Shown here: one piece after another, positions 35,165-37,968 of the stretch | Layout: each line of letters starts with the position of its first letter | How positions within the stretch are numbered: the stretch's first letter is position 1 | Source: an uncultured Clostridia bacterium | GTDB lineage: Bacteria > Bacillota > Clostridia > Christensenellales > UBA1242 | NCBI GenBank assembly: GCA_944372715.1 | Contig: CALVZZ010000048.1 | Location: 1-37,968, forward strand | Length of the DNA stretch: 37,968 nt | Direction of reading: 5' to 3' | Program-made: the position numbers and the translations under genes | The notes under the pieces: generated by a model | The model's database searches: none | What the model saw: only the letters and a program-made list of their open reading frames with translations | Told to the model about the DNA's origin: nothing

Positions 35165-35812
35165 TTACACCTTTTTTGTTTTTGATTTTTTCTTTTTAAA
35201 ACCAAATAAAATTAAAATTATGCTTGTACAAGTTATTATAAGAGAAATTGCAATAATTCCATTTGCACTCATACCATCAGCAGATATAGCACTTTGAGGG
35301 ACATAATATGTCAATATTTCATTTTCTATTTCAACAGACATACGACAATACCCATCTTCTGTGTTATACCCATCTAAAAGTTTAATCCTCTCACCTTCAC
35401 TAATAACAATGTCTAATTCATTGTAGTTTTCACCAACTTTTTCATACACATTAACATCTTTGATTATTGTTGCATTTGTATCAAGTTTTACATTATTGGA
35501 GTTAATAGCATTGTCTATTACATAAGCTTTTAAAATATAAGCTGAGCCTTCATTGTATGCAATTTCATAAAAACTATAATCATTAACCACAGAACTTAAA
35601 ACTTCAAAAACCTCTCCGTGCACAACCCTTATTTCTTCTTCGCCAACTTTCATAACATCAGATAAGCTTGGAGAATTATAAAGCCTAGTGCTAACAGCAA
35701 CAACCCTAATATGTGTTGGATTTTGAAGATTTTCATCAGCAAAAACAGAAAAAGAACTGCCAATGGACATTGACAGCATAATTGCCATTACCAAAACAAT
35801 TAACTTTTTCAT
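35165..35812 (-). CDS. Secreted protein with C-terminal membrane anchor, possible SH3b-like repeats
   Basis: Signal peptide 'MKKLIVLVMAIMLSMSIGSSFSVFA'. There are two segments of the type 'V...T.LY..PS.....V......V..GE.F.V......Y..I.Y....AYI...YV'. The C-terminus has TM 'GIIAISLIITCTSIILILFGF' plus a KKKKSKTKKV stop-transfer. ATG 35812 is chosen because the predicted promoter leaves GTG 35818 untranscribed. Confidence 0.55.
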   Translation of the reverse strand: MKKLIVLVMAIMLSMSIGSSFSVFADENLQNPTHIRVVAVSTRLYNSPSLSDVMKVGEEEIRVVHGEVFEVLSSVVNDYSFYEIAYNEGSAYILKAYVIDNAINSNNVKLDTNATIIKDVNVYEKVGENYNELDIVISEGERIKLLDGYNTEDGYCRMSVEIENEILTYYVPQSAISADGMSANGIIAISLIITCTSIILILFGFKKKKSKTKKV

Positions 35813-35820
35813 ATTCACAT

Positions 35821-35848
35821 TTTATACCAACTTACCAAATAAAGTCAA
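35821..35848 (-). promoter_or_regulatory. Sigma-70-type promoter placed so that the envelope-protein/dnaB operon mRNA would be leaderless
   Basis: The minus strand reads TTGACT (35848-35843), a 16-nt spacer, then TATAAA (35826-35821). An alternative is TAAAAT at 18-nt spacing. Only 6-8 nt separate the -10 from ATG 35812, and there is no SD. Confidence 0.45.
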
Positions 35849-35897
35849 GATTTTATCAAATATCAAACAAATCTCATATAATTTAATGGAGATTTTT

Positions 35898-37604
35898 ATG
35901 TGTGGAATTTTTGGTTATATAGGAAAAAATAATGCAAAAGAAAAACTCATTGAAGGATTAGAAAATTTAGAATATAGGGGTTACGATTCATCAGGAGTTG
36001 CAATTGTACAAAATGGTCAAGTACACATTGTTAAAAAAGCTGGCAAAGTATGTGTTTTGAAGGACGAATTAATGGACTCCGATATCAACGGAAACTGTGG
36101 CATTGCACATACAAGATGGGCAACACACGGATTGCCAACACAACTTAATGCACATCCACATACTGACAGCAAAAACACACTTTGTTTAGTACATAATGGG
36201 ATTATTGAAAACTATTTAGAATTAAAAAGTGAATATAACTTGACAACAAAAACACAATCTGACACAGAAATAATTGCTGAATTGATTTCAAAAATTGATG
36301 AGAAAAAAAACCTTGACAAAATAAAAAAAGCTTGTAATTTACTGAAAGGTTCTTATGCCCTAGCAGTCATCTTTAAAGATGAACCAGAAACAATTTATTT
36401 GGCAAAAAAAGAAAGTCCAATAATGGTTGCCTTAGGAAATGACGGTGTTTATATTTCAAGTGATGCAAATGCTTTTAAAAAATATGCAAATAACTTTTAT
36501 ATTTTAAAAAATAATGAATTTGCAAAAATATCAAATAATAATATTGAATTTTATAATAAAAATAAAAAGATAAACAAAAAAACTAATAATATTGAAAAAA
36601 CATTTTCTTTTGAAAATAAAAATAAATATTTGATGCAAGATGAAATTATGCAAACTCCTGATGCATTAAAAGAAACTGCTCTTTATTTTGATAATTTTAA
36701 AAATATTAAACATTACTTTGATAATGTAGACAAAATATATTTAATTGGTTGTGGAACAGCCTATCACTCTTGCCTTTTAGGAAAAAAATATTTGGAGTTT
36801 TTAAACGTTCCAATATTTACAGAAATTGCTAGTGAGTTTAGATATTCAAAAATTAAACCATCAAAAAATTCTCTTTGCATTTTTGTTTCACAAAGTGGAG
36901 AAACAGCAGATACTATTGCCTGTGTAAAAAAATGTAAATGTAAAACACTTGCAATTACAAATGTTCCAAATTCATCAATTACTTTTAATTGTAAGAAAAC
37001 TATACTTATGAAAGCCGGTTGGGAAAGAGCTGTTGCCTCAACCAAAGCCTACTGTTGCCAGCTTCTTGTTTTTTACTTAATAAAATGCTTACTTAAAAAC
37101 GAAAAACCTAAGTGGAAACAGCTTGTAAGTTCTTGTAGGAAATATTTGAAAAAAAATAATATAAAAGATATTTCAAAAAAAGTTCTGAATTTTGAAAAAA
37201 TAATGTTTATAGGTAGACAAGAAGACTATGTAACAGCAATGGAATCTTCCTTAAAGCTGAAAGAAATATCATATATAAACTGTATTGCTTGCCCAAGTGG
37301 AGAACTTAAACACGGAACTCTTGCTCTTGTGGACGAAAACACACTTGTTATCTTAATATCAACAAAGCATTCTTTACACAACAAAAATTTACTAAGCAAA
37401 CAAGAAATAGAAGCAAGAATGGGTTGTTGCTTTGTTGCTAGCAACATTGCCGACTCAAAAATTGAACTTCCAAATCTAAGTTCTGACCTATTGCCAATTT
37501 TATCAATTTTACCATTTCAACTGCTTGCCTGTGAAGTTTGTATATCAAAGGGTTACAATCCAGACAAACCACGAAATTTATCTAAGTCAGTAACAGTGGA
37601 ATAG
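35898..37604 (+). CDS. glmS: Glutamine--fructose-6-phosphate aminotransferase (isomerising)
   Basis: N-terminal nucleophile 'MCGIFGY' directly after the ATG (GGAG SD at 35888-35891). Motifs 'GIAHTRWATHG', 'LVHNGIIENY', SIS-domain motifs 'SQSGETADT', and the C-terminus 'SKSVTVE'. The track ORF start at 35763 is an upstream read-through. Confidence 0.95.
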   Translation: MCGIFGYIGKNNAKEKLIEGLENLEYRGYDSSGVAIVQNGQVHIVKKAGKVCVLKDELMDSDINGNCGIAHTRWATHGLPTQLNAHPHTDSKNTLCLVHNGIIENYLELKSEYNLTTKTQSDTEIIAELISKIDEKKNLDKIKKACNLLKGSYALAVIFKDEPETIYLAKKESPIMVALGNDGVYISSDANAFKKYANNFYILKNNEFAKISNNNIEFYNKNKKINKKTNNIEKTFSFENKNKYLMQDEIMQTPDALKETALYFDNFKNIKHYFDNVDKIYLIGCGTAYHSCLLGKKYLEFLNVPIFTEIASEFRYSKIKPSKNSLCIFVSQSGETADTIACVKKCKCKTLAITNVPNSSITFNCKKTILMKAGWERAVASTKAYCCQLLVFYLIKCLLKNEKPKWKQLVSSCRKYLKKNNIKDISKKVLNFEKIMFIGRQEDYVTAMESSLKLKEISYINCIACPSGELKHGTLALVDENTLVILISTKHSLHNKNLLSKQEIEARMGCCFVASNIADSKIELPNLSSDLLPILSILPFQLLACEVCISKGYNPDKPRNLSKSVTVE

Positions 37605-37630
37605 ATATGAATTTGCGAAATCAAAACATT

Positions 37631-37660
37631 AAAAAAACACCAACACAAGCTGGTGTTTTT
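37631..37660. terminator. Bidirectional terminator between glmS and the last ORF
   Basis: acacca (37637-37642) pairs with tggtgt (37651-37656), flanked by A7 and T5. Confidence 0.5.
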
Positions 37661-37671
37661 CATTTAGTTTA

Positions 37672-37968
37672 TTATTCTCCTACTGAGAATGTCATATTTA
37701 TTGCTTCTGTAATATTGAAACTACTATTCATTCTTGCTAATTGGTAAGATACTAAAATATTTTTTGTTCCATTCTTAGGAATTACCACTGTTCCACTGCA
37801 AGTATCTGTCCCCTTTTCAAATCCTGTTTGTGCAGTTGTATCATTATCTACTTGAATTTCTGAACCCCCATCAATTTGCATTTTTGTTGTAAATCTTTGA
37901 GATGCCTCTGTATCAAATTTTATACCATCAAGTACAAATGTCAAATCTTTTTCTCCTGTGTTAGTAAC
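37672..37968 (-). CDS. Hypothetical protein, C-terminal fragment (the gene starts beyond the window end)
   Basis: The frame stays open from the stop at 37672 to the window edge. The track's 'M' at 37944 is an internal TTG, and upstream codons read ..TNTGEKD. The sequence is T/S/N/G-rich and beta-strand-like, possibly a secreted Ig-like domain. I recognise no motif. Confidence 0.45.
   Translation of the reverse strand, partial: VTNTGEKDLTFVLDGIKFDTEASQRFTTKMQIDGGSEIQVDNDTTAQTGFEKGTDTCSGTVVIPKNGTKNILVSYQLARMNSSFNITEAINMTFSVGE

Overview
This is a visibly AT-rich (about 70% A+T by eye, not computed), low-GC Firmicutes-like chromosomal segment. It uses the standard bacterial code: TGA acts as a stop at 9458-9460 (prmC). 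The window is densely packed with core housekeeping genes. In order: a partial secreted repeat protein; a fused ABC ATPase/FtsX permease; a GlmU-acetyltransferase::GlmM fusion; an Smr-like protein; a lipoprotein; a long ThyX; an NDK-like protein; prfA; a DUF1385::prmC fusion; a DUF4097/Toastrack-like membrane protein; a polytopic membrane protein; RNase J; an O-methyltransferase; gyrB, a MazG-like gene and gyrA; rpsF-ssb-rpsR; a large membrane/coiled-coil/AT-hook protein; addB-addA; an RsfA/Myb-like protein; an unknown 286-aa protein; an operon of two envelope proteins plus dnaB; glmS; and a partial ORF at the end. I found no rRNA, tRNA, CRISPR array, transposase, integrase, prophage genes or recognisable defence system, so I do not think this is an accessory island. 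The best candidate for something undescribed is the 887-aa protein at 22488..25151. It has a polytopic membrane anchor, a long coiled coil and 11 AT-hook (GRP) motifs, and phased T-tracts lie upstream of its promoter. Secondary curiosities are three Rosetta-stone-type fusions or insertions: GlmU-AcT::GlmM, DUF1385::PrmC, and a MazG-like gene wedged between gyrB and gyrA. Others are a ThyX with non-canonical motif order suggesting an internal duplication, a divergent NDK-like gene, an apparently leaderless dnaB operon, and glmS without room for a glmS ribozyme. All homology calls come from motif recognition by eye, with no searches run.
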